Part shown: in pieces, positions 49,014-62,590 of the stretch
Layout of the letters: each line of letters opens with the position of its first letter
Position numbering within the stretch: position 1 is the stretch's first letter
Origin: the human T2T-CHM13v2.0 reference genome, Homo sapiens
Reading direction: 5' to 3' (one strand)
DNA: 64,000 nucleotides
Assembly (NCBI RefSeq): GCF_009914755.1
Contig: NC_060935.1
Made by a program: the position numbers and the translations under genes
Notes under the pieces: model-generated
What the model saw: the letters and a program-made list of their open reading frames with translations, nothing else
Database searches by the model: none
Told to the model about the DNA's origin: nothing

Positions 49014-50030
49014 TTACATTTTGGCATGATTTTGCAGCGGCTGGTACCAGTTGTTCCTTTCCATGTTTAGCGCTTCCTTCAGGATTTCTTTTAGGGTAGG
49101 CCTGGTGGTGACAAAATCTCTCAGCATTTGCTTGTCTGTAAAGTATTTTATTTCTCCTTCACTTATGAAGCTTAGTTTGGCTGGATATGAAATTCTGGGT
49201 TGAAAATTCTTTTCTTTAAGAATGTTGAATATTGGCCCCCACTCTCTTCTGGCTTGTAGGGTTTCTGCCGAGAGATCTGCTGTTAGTCTGATGGGCTTTC
49301 CTTTGAGGGTAACCCGACCTTTCTCTCTGGCTGCCCTTAACATTTTTTCCTTCATTTCAACTTTGGTGAATCTGACAATTATGTGTCTTGGAGTTGCTCT
49401 TCTCGAGGAGTATCTTTGTGGTGTTCTCTGTATTTCCTGAATCTGAACGTTGGCCTGCCTTGCTAGGTTGGGGAAGTTCTCCTGGATAATATCCTGCAGA
49501 GTGTTTTCCAACTTGGTTCCATTCTCCGCATCACTTTCAGCTACACCAATCAGACGTAAATTTGGTCTTTTCACATAGTCCCATATTTCTTGGAGGCTTT
49601 GCTCATTTCTTTTTATTCTTTTTTCTCTAAACTTCCCTTCTCGCTTCATTTCATTCATTTCATCTTCCATTGCTGATACCCTTTCTTCCAGTTGATCGCA
49701 TCGGCTCCTGAGGCTTCTGCATTCTTCATGTAGTTCTCGAGCCTTGGTTTTCAGCTCCATCAGCTCCTTTAAGCACTTCTCTGTATTGGTTATTCTAGTT
49801 ATACATTCTTCTAAATTTTTTTCAAAGTTTTCAACTTCTTTGCCTTTGGTTTGAATGTCCTCCCGTAGCTCAGAGTAATTTGATCATCTGAAGCCTTCTT
49901 CTCTCAGCTCGTCAAAATCATTCTCCATCCAGCTTTGTTCCGTTGCTGGTGAGGAACTGCGTTCCTTTGGAGGAGGAGAGGCGCTCTGCGTTTTAGAGTT
50001 TCCAGTTTTTCTGTTCTGTTTTTTCCCCAT
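49014..50030 (-). pseudogene. L1 ORF1p, nonsense at codon 49 (CGA>TGA)
   Basis: ATG at 50030 (MGKKQ..); TGA at 49886-49884; remainder open to ..NHAKM. Confidence 0.95.
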
Positions 50031-50934
50031 CTTTGTGGTTTTATCTACTTTTGGTCTTTGATGATGGTGATGTACAGATGGGTTTTCGGTGTGGATGTCC
50101 TTTCTGTTTGTTATTTTTCCTTCTAACAGACAGGACCCTCAGCTTCAGGTCTGTTGGAATACCCTGCCGTGTGAGGTGTCAGTGTGCCCCTGCTGGGGGG
50201 TGCCTCCCAGTTAGGCTGCTCGGGGGTCAGGGGTCAGGGACCCACTTGAGGAGGCAGTCTGCCAGTTCTCAGATCTCCAGCTGCATGCTGGGAAAACCAC
50301 TGCTCTCTTCAAAGCTGTCAGACAGGGACATTTAAGTCTGCAGAGGTTACTGCTGTCTTTTTGTTTGTCTGTGCCCTGCCCCCAGAGGTGGAGCCTACAG
50401 AGGCAGGCAGGCCTCCTTGAGCTGTGGTGGGCTCCACCCAGTTCGAGCTTCCTGGCTGCTTTATTTACCTAAGCAAGCCTGGGCAATGGCGGGCGCCCCT
50501 CCCCCAGCCTCGCTGCCGCCTTGCAGTTTGATCTCAGACTGCTGTGCTAGCAATCAGCGAGATTCCGTGGGCGTAGGACCCTCCGAGCCAGGTGTGGGAT
50601 ATAATCTCGTGGTGCGCCGTTTTTTAAGCCGGTCTGAAAAGTGCAATATTCGGGTGGGAGTGACCCGATTTTCCAAGTGCGTCCGTCACCCCTTTCTTTG
50701 ACTCGGAAAGGGAACTCCCTGACCCCTTGCCCTTCCCAGGTGAGGCAATGCCTTGCCCTGCTTCGGCTCGCGCACGGTGCGCGCACCCACTGGCCTGCGC
50801 CCACTGTCTGGCACTCCCTAGTGAGATGAACCTGGTACCTCAGATGGAAATGCAGAAATCACCCGTCTTCTGCGTCGCTCACGCTGGGAGCTGTAGACCG
50901 GAGCTGTTCCTATTCGGCCATCTTGGCTCCTCCC
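50031..50934 (-). promoter_or_regulatory. L1 5'UTR sense/antisense promoter with CpG-rich region and YY1 site
   Basis: YY1 motif AAGATGGCC (plus strand ggccatctt, ~50916-50924); many CpGs retained at 50480-50935. Confidence 0.85.
50486..50701 (+). CDS. L1 antisense ORF0, intact 71 aa
   Basis: MAGAPPPASLPPCSLISDCCASNQRDSVGVGPSEPGVGYNLVVRRFLSRSEKCNIRVGVTRFSKCVRHPFL*, Kozak context gcaATGg; expression not shown. Confidence 0.8.
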   Translation: MAGAPPPASLPPCSLISDCCASNQRDSVGVGPSEPGVGYNLVVRRFLSRSEKCNIRVGVTRFSKCVRHPFL

Positions 50935-51090
50935 GATCTCCTGACCTCAGACCATAGATCCTAAGTGTGCAGTAGGCTTTCGCGTCTAGGTTTGTGTAAG
51001 TATAATTTATGACATTTGTACAATGACAAAATAGCCTAATAATGGATTTCTCAGGATATATCCCAATTATTAAGCAATGCATGACTGTGT

Positions 51091-51121
<31 letters not shown>

Positions 51122-51125
51122 CACC
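51091..51125. repeat. (CA)n microsatellite
   Basis: Visible CA run. Confidence 0.9.
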
Positions 51126-51149
51126 CGACAGATTTTTGTTTGTGATTGT

Positions 51150-52165
51150 TGCAGAGACTTAGTATTCCTTTTCATTTCCCCCATCGCTTGCAGATGGGCC
51201 ATGTGATAGGATTTTGACAAACGGAAATGTAGAAAAAAGTACTGGCCATTTCCAGGCCTGGCCCTTCAATACATCATACAAACCTCTAGATCTCTCTTTC
51301 CCTGCCGTATCAGCAGTTTCCGACTCCACATTTTCCAGATGGTATTGCTGCAAGACAGAGGAGGGCCACCTGACCACATTATGCCATGCATAAATGAGAA
51401 AGAAAACTCTACACTGTTAAAATACTGTTGTTACCTATGGCAAATCCTTACCAGTCTGCAGCAACCTCAACTCTTGCCTCCTCAGAAGAAACAATTTGAC
51501 TGAGCATCATAAGGCAGAGGAAGAGAGCAAGGCAAGATTTAGAGCAGGAGTGAAAGTTTATTAAAATGCTATAAAGAAGGAATAAAAAGAAAGTAAAGTA
51601 CACTTGGAAGAGGGCCAAGCAGGCATCTTGGAGCTAAAGTGCCCCATTTGACCTTGGGCCTAGGGTTTTATATGCTGGCATTCTTCTGGCGTCTTCTGTC
51701 CCTTTTCCCTTAACTCTTACCTTGCGGTGAGCTGCCTGCATGTGCGGTGGCCTGCTAGCACTTGGAATGTGAGCACGTGTGGTATGTTTACTGGAGTTGT
51801 ATGCATGCTCACCTGAGGCATTCTTCCCTTTACCAGTGGAATGCCCCCGGAAGATCACACACATTAAACTCCGCCATTTGGCTTCTTGATGTGCATGCTT
51901 GAGTCTACTCACCCAGCTCCGGAAATCTTACCCAGAAGCTGCTGATCACCGGTTTCAATTGCTGCCTATCTATAAGGAGACTGCATTTCCCTGGAGTTGG
52001 TTGAGATCTTTTATTAAGAAGCAGTGTGACAACTGCCTGACAATCATCTGATGGTTGCCTGACTTTTTTGGTGGGGTGTGGGAACCCTCTCCTGCCCTGT
52101 TCGTGTCTGACTAGCTACCCAGTATAACACTATGATTTCAGAATTTTTGTTGTTGCAAATTAACA
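51150..52165 (+). mobile_element. Old MLT1-type LTR interrupted by MER50
   Basis: 'gggccatgtga..ccatttccaggcctggccc..atgagaaagaaaactctacactgttaaaatactg' resumes as 'tgatttcagaatttttgttg' after the MER50. Confidence 0.55.
51429..52129 (-). mobile_element. MER50-type ERV1 solo LTR
   Basis: Minus strand starts TGTTATACTGGGTAGCTAGTCAGACACGAACAGGGCAGGAGAGGG; TATA and AATAAA present; TSD ctgt/ctat. Confidence 0.8.
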
Positions 52166-52959
52166 GTTATAGTAATAGTTTTAAGAATGAAGAGATTAAG
52201 GGAAAATCCAGTGGAAGAAAGTTGATGAACAAAAACAGTATCGTTGAGAAGGCAAGATAGCTCAATAGTGAATTCATAAAGTAGAATCAGAAATGTGGTC
52301 TTATAGAAGACAAATAGAAACACAATCACTACAAACGTTCCCAAAATGACCTGAATAGATGTTGTCTTTCTTACGACAACTGGGAAGGTTGTCAAGCCAT
52401 TTTTATTATAATCTTCAATTTGGCCCTTTTACATGTCAGGTATTGTGTTAAGCATGCATGTGTTTTCATCTTTATAAGAATATCCTGAAAAGGTGTTACT
52501 ATGATTCTTCTAAAATGATTAAGAAACTGATGCTTAAACAGGTTAAGTAAATTACCCATGGAAAGAGAGATACTACATGGTGGAGCTGAGGCTTGAACTA
52601 AGTTTTTCTCTCCCAAAGCAGAGACATGCAACTCACCATACATACTACTTCTCTTGAACAGAGAAGTGCACTCAGTAAGTTGAACCAGCATTTCTGTCAA
52701 CTGTACAAATCAGACAGTTTGCACTGCACCACTGGATACTGATATAGATATTCCTGTAGTCACTATTCCTCCATATTTCATTAAGCTGTCATTATGACAC
52801 TATAAATCCTTTAAATAACATCTTAAAAGTTAATAGTGGTGGGGTTTGAATGCCATACCTTTAATTCTAGTAACTTTGCTGACTTCTTGACTTTTAACTC
52901 TCATCAATAGACAAGAAAATAACAAATGTCCTTAATTTACATGGGAAAGATTTCCTACT

Positions 52960-53886
<927 letters not shown>

Positions 53887-55311
53887 TTAGAAATTTGAAA
53901 ATGGAAGACCAGGCTTAAGGGGTTGAAACTTGGTTTTGCCATTAACTGTGGTCACATTCCTCAAACTTTCTTTTCTTCAATTTCCTCATTTGTAAATAGG
54001 GAAAATAATATAAGTTTCCTCAAGGGGTTATCTATATTTACAAATCTAATTTAGAATAGTTCACAACATAGAAAAAGCAATACACATGTATTTGTTACAT
54101 AAATAAATGATAGACAATACAAGTTGTATGTCAAAAGCTTCAGGTTTCTTTCTTTGCTTTCAGTTCGGATCACTGACTTCATTTTTCAATTAAAAAGACA
54201 TAGAACTGGGTTACTCAGTTTCTATCAAAATTTCTGTGTTTGTTGCTATGTCCACAGCTGCTATTATCTGGATTATTATTTGGTGCTATGCCCATAGCTG
54301 CCATTATTTGGGAGAGTTTGTGACTTCATAGGGTTGGGGTAGGGTAAAGTGATGCAGCCTGTGGTCATTTCAGTAAAGAAATGGACTGTGAATCATTTAG
54401 TTTGATACATTTTACTAAAAATATTTGTTAGATAGTTTGCACCCACACCTCATTTTGTTTAGATAGATTTTCATTTTATAAAATTGAAAGTAGAATTCTT
54501 TTCAGAATTAGATTACACTTTTTCCTTCTCTCTATAATATTTTAAACCCTTTCTCTGTATAACACTTTTCTAAGGCACTGGAGGAATTTAAGTTTGGCAG
54601 TATCACAAACATGCTTGTACAAAACTCTTGTTATCACATTGCAAGACCATGAAAATATATGTTCAAAAACAGATCAGTCATTTAACAAGAACTGGATAGC
54701 TCTGACTGAGTCAAAAGTAACTTCTTCCCAGTTTTTTAGATATGTTGTTCAATTGTGTTTAAATATGTAAGCCCAGGGCTGGCTCTGGGCAAAAACGTCA
54801 ACTTTAAATCTTCAGCCTGTCATTTAATGCCCTCCACATCTTGTTTTTTCCCTACCTTTTCATTCTTATTCAGAATACATTGTCCCTTGCGTCTTGTTTT
54901 TCAGCCTTATTGACTAGTAAGAAGTCTTTTAAAACTCTGTGCAATATTTTGTGTTTGTTGTCACACATCATTGCTAGGAGAATACAGCATTGTCAGTATG
55001 ACTCTAGTGTCAAAAGACAACTAAAAGCTGGTCACTAAACTATTTTAGGCTCTGCTTTATGAACCTTTTCTCATTCCTGATTTTAATATCTGTTCTTTCA
55101 TTGAAATAAACAGTATCTTTGAGTGTAACAGCTTTTCTGGGTTCTGTGAGTACTTTTATTAAATAATTGAGCTTGAGGATGGTTCTGCAAATCTCTGACT
55201 ACAATAACAATAAATGCAAATGATACATGCATCTTTCTCTGGGAATATCTCTTCAGAGAAGTTAAGGAAGGAATACTTAAAAAAATAACCAAACTCCATT
55301 CTAAACACAGA

Positions 55312-55466
55312 GGAGTGTGTGCATGTGTGTATGTGTGTGTGTGTGTCTATTTATGTGTATGTTTCTGTATGTATATTTGTATAAGGGTATATTTGTGAGT
55401 TTGTCTATGTGTATGCCTATGAGTGTGCATGTGCGTAATATAATACGTGTGTGTGTGTGTGTGTGC
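55312..55466. repeat. Degenerate (TG)n/(TATG)n tract
   Basis: Visible TG-rich runs. Confidence 0.8.
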
Positions 55467-55944
55467 ATATGCATGAAACATTCTAGGCGTTGAATACAGC
55501 ATGTATCAAGACCCTGTAATGGTAAGGAGAGTGTGCTTTCAAGAAACTGTAAGAAGGACTGTGGCTAGAACTCAAAAAAAATAAAAGGGAATGGTAGTCA
55601 ATGAGGTTAGACATAGGTAAAGGACAAAATACAAGGCTTTAAGAACTTTAAAGTTTTTCTTGTGCTGTAATGTGTGTGTAGACATGATAAGGCATGATAA
55701 GATCACTCTATTGGAAAAGTAAATTTAAAAAAATCTGTCTATAAATGAAGAAACTGAATAAATTATTGTACATCCAAACCAAACAATATTATGAAGCCAC
55801 TGAAAATAACAAAGTTTTAAAAACAGATTTGTAGGAATACTTAACAATTTTTTTTTTTTAGGGAGAAAGTGACATAAAAACTTAAAAAATATAATGTTTC
55901 CTTAAAACAATGACTACCTCTACATATGTGTGTGTATATAAGTA

Positions 55945-55947
<3 letters not shown>

Positions 55948-55979
<32 letters not shown>
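55948..55979. repeat. (TA)n microsatellite
   Basis: Visible TA run. Confidence 0.95.
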
Positions 55980-55981
<2 letters not shown>

Positions 55982-56722
55982 ATCATAGAAAAATACATGC
56001 GTTACTTGGGGTAGAGACCAAATGAGATATGTATGCAGATGAGATTAGGAAAGAAGGAAAAGAAAAGCAAATTAGTACAAGGCAAAAACATATATGAAAC
56101 CATATTTATGCATGAAAGTAAAATTAGACATGTTTATTCAATAAATAATTTAATAATTTATTTAGTAAAATGATATAAATGATCACCCTGACAGCAGTGT
56201 GAAAAACATTCAAATAGGTTTCAATATATAAGTTACTAGGCTATTACAGAGTTCTAGCAGATAAGTGATGTGTGCTCAGATTAGGAGTTAAAATCAGTAA
56301 GACTAGATAATGATTAGATATGGGAAGTTTCAAAGTTGACTGCTATATTCCTGATTTGTGCAGTGCCATCGGTGCAGTAGGGAATAATGAACGACCCAGG
56401 TTTGGCAGGTAGGGATTTGGTTTAATACATAATTTACCTATGCTACTTTGCAGCACCCAGGTGGAGATATCAAATAGAATGTTGAATGATTGAGTCTAGA
56501 ACTCAGATTTTAGGCCTCAAAATAGAAACGTATGTGTAATCTGTGTATGCATGGTAATCAAAGTTATGAACTAGAATGAGATTACCTAGGAAGAGATAAT
56601 ATAAAAAGGAGAAAAAAGAAAGTCTATGAATAATCTTTGGGTAACATCTTTTCACAACAGAGAAAGACAAAGATGGAAAAGAAAAACATAACTAAAATAG
56701 AGAGAACACAACAGTGTATTGA

Positions 56723-57028
<306 letters not shown>

Positions 57029-57929
57029 AAAAAAATCTTCCAATAGTATCAATAATACTATGCAGTAATGAAAGATGATTGGGGTAAATACACTGAATTG
57101 ACTGACATAAAGCAGATTGAAACATGTTGAGGCACCAATAAGGGGGTTAGGAAGTGAAAATGAGTAACTGTAGACAATTTTTTCTAGCTCTTCAATGGAG
57201 CAGAGATAAAGCTGCAGCCAAAGAACATAGGGTCAAGAGAGAGGAATGTTGTGTGTGCATGTTTGTGGTATTTAATATGGTGGAGACAAAAGTATTCGAA
57301 ATATTGAAGGGAAAGATCCAGTGAAAGAAAAAGAACAATAAAAAAGTATTAAAATAGGATATCAGGTAAGACTATAACAAATTGTACAGTAAACACTTTT
57401 AAGTAATTTTATTTAATGGATCAAGCTAGAAATTAATTAATTAAACTTTGATTTTTACCACGCCCTTATATGAAAAGCTCTTCTGTTTTATATGACATGA
57501 ATGTTGTCCTTTTAATTTCATTAATTTAATGAGGTATTCATAATGCTATTTATGTTAATTTCAATTTTTATTCTTGGCAAATATGATGTGCTTATTTTGG
57601 GAGGAGTTTGCATCTCATAAAGAGTGAAGATGTGAATGGTTGGGTTTTAAATTGATGTTGGTTATCAATCTATCTAAATTGTTTCTTTTGCAAACAGTAT
57701 GCAAATTTGAGCTAAGATTCAAAGTATGTTTACATCCCATATGCAAATGAAGGGTTTTGGTTTACTTGACAATATAAATTTGTAAGATGTTATATGGTTT
57801 TCTCATTAAAATAGTATTGCTAATTATGCCTCTAAAGATTTCTTTCTAATGTGTCATTGCTAGGTAAAATACATTATTTAAATATATTTGATGAGCATTT
57901 AAATTAAGTAGTAAATGAAGTCGGTGATA

Positions 57930-58097
57930 TTATTACTATTATTATTTAAGACAGATTTGCAATCTGTTGCCCAGGATGGAGTGTAATGGCGCAATTTTGG
58001 CTCACTGAAACCTCTGCCTCCTAGGCTCAAATGATCTGCCTGCCTCAGCCTCCCAAAGCGCTGGGACCTAACAGACATGAGTGACTGCAAACTGCCT
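57930..58097 (-). mobile_element. Monomeric Alu (FRAM-like)
   Basis: Right-arm 3' end continues straight into 'cctcccaaagcgctggga..tgagtgactgc' with no A-rich linker. Confidence 0.7.
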
Positions 58098-58102
58098 GTG
58101 AT

Positions 58103-58413
58103 TTTTTAATTTTTTAATTTTTTTATTTTTGAGATGGGATCTCACTATGTTGCCCAGGTGGAGGGCAGTGGTGCAAACTCAGGCTCACTGCCACCTATGC
58201 CTCCTTGGCTCAAGCGATCTTCCAACCTCAGCCTCCCAAGTAGCTGGGGCCACAGGCACATGCCGCCATGCCCAGCTAATCTTTTGTATTCTTGATAAAG
58301 ACGATGTTTCACCATGTTGCTCAGGCTGGTCTTGAACTCTTGAGTTCAAGTGACTCTTGTGCCTTGGCCTCTCAAAGTATTGAGATTACAGGCATGAGCC
58401 ACCATACTTGGCC
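58103..58413 (-). mobile_element. AluJ-type SINE
   Basis: Diverged dimer with J-like 'gctcaagcgatc'; TSD ctgtgat on both sides. Confidence 0.85.
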
Positions 58414-59481
58414 CTGTGATACTATTTTTAATAAAATTTTTAAAACTTTATTTCTGAGGAAAATTACATGGTCTCATTCAGTTTAACATTTTATATTATA
58501 TTATTTTGAGATGCTCAAATTCTTTTATGGATTAAGCAAAAATTCCCTGAATGGTAAATGGCACTCGATACATGATTATTCTTTCACTGACTATTTATAC
58601 AACCCTAAGAAGTACTTACCTAGAATTCACTCTGCTCAAGTGACTTCGACAGCTGAAAAAAAAAAAAAAAGCAAACAAAGCAAAAAACTGTCTAAAGAAC
58701 ATCATCTCAATTCTCAAGGTTAAAAAAGACGAAAATAGTAAGTATTTAACATGTTTCAGGAGTTCATTTTATTTGTACAAATTGGCTAACGATAACTATA
58801 ATTGCTTAAGAGATTATCCAGATTTTTATTGATGAGTAAATTAAACTTTAAAATCAACAGGAAATTTTTTCCAGATGATATCATCAGGAAGTGGTAGGGC
58901 TGGAAGGCCCACTCAGTTTATCCTCTCCCAATCCCGTGGTTTTTCAACCATAGCATAATACTTGAGTATAAGGCTGTCATCTGAAGTTGTGGGTTCTAGT
59001 AACAACTAAGTTCCTAACCCTTGTTGCATCTTGAATAAGTCATTTACTATTTTTGGTTTTATGTTTTCTAAACTTTTTTATTTGCTTCTTGCCTTTGCTT
59101 TATTTATTTTTCTTATTTTCCTACATTAAAAATGGGCATGGAATGAGCTAGATGATTTTTTAAGCTATTTTCAGTCCTGTATCAACACATAGCTTCTCCT
59201 GGGTGACCATTTTTCATGGTTAGCTCAAAAATATTTGTGAGGTTGGTAATGATGAATTTTTTTCTTTGAAGTTTTTTTGCATACATGTGTTTCAGTAAAG
59301 AAAATAAATAAGAGGCCCTATGCAGTAATTTTGTCTTTTAATATCTGAATCCTATTTACCCATGGCGTACTCCACTAAAATTTTCTCCTTTTATCTTCAT
59401 TTTCTGTCTTAATTATTGATCTGAGATTTAGTTGCCCTTGAAACTGATGCGCTCAGCAGCTCCAGGGTGGTGGAGTGAGAT

Positions 59482-59496
59482 GGTTGCTAGGCAACC
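59482..59496. promoter_or_regulatory. RFX X-box motif
   Basis: GGTTGCTAGGCAACC, a near-perfect palindromic GTTGC-N3-GCAAC site in unique, locally GC-richer sequence. Confidence 0.5.
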
Positions 59497-59728
59497 TCAC
59501 TAGTATCAGACGGGTTATTGAGATCTTTACCTTTGAGAGTCTTGCTTGTGGAGAATCTAAGGAAAAAGCTACTTCTAACTCCTGTGTCTTTAAGTCTCAG
59601 AAAATCCAGAGATTTGGAACAAATATACAACATATTTAGAAAGGATTTTCAGGAAAAAATTAGGTGGAATATTTGTGTTTTTTTTCCAGGTTTAAGGAGG
59701 TTGCTTTAAAAGAAAAAGTCTTTTGATC

Positions 59729-60566
59729 CTGTTTTGGTTTCCTACTGCTACATAACAATCATGACAAAACTAATGGTTTAAAAATATAAATGTATTATCT
59801 CACAGTTTCTATAGATTAGAAGTCTAGGTATGGTGTTGCTGGGTCTCTGCTCAGGGTTTCCTAATGCTGTAATCAAGGTGTCTGCTGGGGTTGTGGTCTC
59901 ATTTAAGGCCTAAGATCTTCTTCCAGGTTCTTGTGGTTGTTTGCAGAATTCATTTCCTTGCAGCAACTGACCTCTTCGTGGTTTATTTCTTTAAAGCTAG
60001 CAAGAGAAAAAGAGAGAGTTTCTGTTGCTTCCAAACTCTGAGCTCAGAAAAGTCCAAAGCCCTTTTTCAAAGAGCCCAATTAGGTCAGGCTCATACAAGG
60101 CAATCTTCCCTTTTTAATTGATATGTCATAATTGTACATATTTATGAAGTACGTGTGATGTTTTGATATATGCCTACAATGTGCGATGATCAAATTAGGT
60201 TAATTAGAATATCCACTACTTCAAACATTTATTATTTCTTTGTGTTGGGATCATTTCAAATCTTTTCTGGCTATTTTGAAACATGCAATACATTGTTGTT
60301 AACCATAGTCACTCTACTGTGCTGTAGAACACTAGAACTTATGACTTCTAACTGTAGTTTTTACCCATTAACCAACTTATAACATCCCTTTGATGAACTA
60401 AATTTAACTGATTGGGGACCTTAATTATATCTGAAAAATTCCTTCATTTTAGTCATATAACGTAAAATAACCTTATTGTGTTCACAGGTCTCACCCACAC
60501 TCAAGGAAAGGAGCTTATTTAATGGTGTAGATTATTGGTGATCACCTTAAAATTTTACCTATGACA
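59729..60566 (-). mobile_element. MLT1E-like LTR with a nested L1MA 3' end (~60111-60378, minus strand)
   Basis: 'tattatctcacagtttct..gttgtttgcagaattcatttccttgcagc..aactgattggggaccttaattatatctg'; the insert is antisense L1MA 3'UTR, flanked by repeated tcccttt. Confidence 0.8.
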
Positions 60567-61971
60567 GATGTATTTTAAGTATATAATCAGTGTTCTATTA
60601 CACTCTCAAATTCTGGGCGGAGATAATAACACAAATAGTTAATTCATTTCTAAGTTCTACTGACTATCAATTATTTTACAATCATATTTTAATAATCACT
60701 AAATGTGATTTATTTTAAAATATTACAGTTAGAGCTATTTTCTGTAAATCAAATCATACTTATCAGAGCATTATTTCTGGAGAAATGAATGTGTAATAAA
60801 TATTGAAGAATATTATGGGGAGCATCTAGTATTAGATGATTCAATTTTATGGCTATGCTTATTAGATTAATTTTGATTGTGATCCAGGCCCAGGGAAGAA
60901 ATGAAGGCTGAAAATTTTCCATTACTTTTGGTTGATGCAGGTAGTAAATTTTTATACCAGATTAACAGCCAAATCTTGACTTCAAGCTTGTAAATTAGAG
61001 TAATATTTCCTCTAGGGAATACAAGAGCACTTTTTTTTTTTTTTGCCATTGTTCATTTCCTACTTCTCTGATGTTATCTCAACACATGAGGGAAAAGTTG
61101 GTTCAGAAATAGGAATTGGTCTATTAAACGTAGGCTGTTTTCAAGGGTCACGAGAATATAGTTGGAGCAATCCTGTTGGTTAGTTTGCATTTCCTGAGAC
61201 CAGAAGAGTCGATGAATAAGAAAACATGACAATAATAGAAAAATAAGAAACAGTACAAACAATCATGTCTCAGAGATTTCTGCAGAGGCATTTGTGAGAG
61301 ATAACTGAATATATTAGAGTACATATTTTATCGGGCTCTCATAGATTTCCATCTGCAGGTAAACTTTCTTCTGAATTAGTTTTGTTTCATTTATAAATTT
61401 CATAAAAATTCAAGCCCTTTGTTTATAATTAAATGGTTAGAAGGACTTTAGAAAGAAATTGACAATTTAAATCATGCCAGAGTATGTCTGAATATATATT
61501 TTCCTTGGCAGACTGATCTATTCAGGAAATGTGTCTACGTAACCAAGGCAGATGGGAAATATTTGACAATGGTTATTGTCACCCTTCCTTTCCATCCTTT
61601 ATGTCCCATCATGGACCCCTGAAGACAAATCATAAATATGAGGGGCATAAATTCTTACACAGATTGCATTATTATTTGTTCCACTAGCTAAAAAGAATTT
61701 CAAAGGCTACTATTATGTTTTAAATGTAATTAAGAAGGCAGTAAATAGACAGGTGAAAATATCATGTTGGATGCAGTATTGCCTTGTATTCTATCTGTAC
61801 TTGGAAAGTTGGATAAACAGAATACTTTTTAATAAACTAGTATGAAAGCACACAAATTCATACATATACTTATGCACAATTATTAATAGAACAGTACTTA
61901 ATAAGCCCTTAAATGTGAGCAAAATTTTGGACTTTCTAATAAGAAAAAATAAAACTATGCTGGTTGAAAAG

Positions 61972-62080
61972 CAGTACCACCTATTAAAAATACTATGCAA
62001 GCCATATATGTAATTAAAAATTTTTTAGGAATCACATTAAAAACATAAAAAGAAAAAAATAAAATTAATATATTTTATTT
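61972..62080. mobile_element. MER33/MER3-like hAT fragment
   Basis: 'atgcaagccatatatgtaatt..cacattaaaaacataaaaagaaa'. Confidence 0.5.
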
Positions 62081-62391
62081 ACTTTTCAAGGAACAATACA
62101 TTTTGAAAGCAAAATAAATAAATTATAACATAAAACAGGGTCTGCCAGAGTCTGAATATTTTATTGTTAGAGTTTCCAGAAAAGGTCATGTCGTCACACA
62201 TAATGAGAAGCAGCTGACTCTCTGATGGAGCTTTCTGGACCAACTGGGTGGATATTTTGGAATTCCTGGGGAGGCTCTTTCACCACCTTTATACCACGCA
62301 CTTCAGCATTTGATTGCAAATGGATGTCTGTGATTCTAGGCATCTACTTTGTGACAAAACATCTTGCGTGTATATTGAGATCCACTGTTTA

Positions 62392-62590
62392 TCCAATAAC
62401 AAAACCAAAGTGTCCATTGTACAAGTAAAAAGACTTAAAGCTTACTTTAGCAATTGAGCCAGGATCTCAAGATGCAAATGCCTGGATGGAATGGATTAAA
62501 TACTCAGTCTGCACTCTAAGCAAAAGCGATTGTTACACTTGAGTGCATCGTAGGCCAGAGGCCCAGGTTGTCCCCTTTCCCACTTGGATG
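62392..62590 (+). mobile_element. HERV-I/HERVIP10-like env (SU) fragment
   Basis: Allowing two 1-nt frameshifts: NNKTKVSIVQVKDLKLTLAIEPGSQDANAWMEWIKYSVCTLSKSDCYT*VHRRPEAQVVPFPLGW, matching the recalled HERV-I env 'DLKQTLAIETGYQDANAWLEWIKY..CYACAHGRPEAQIVPFPLGW'. Confidence 0.72.
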
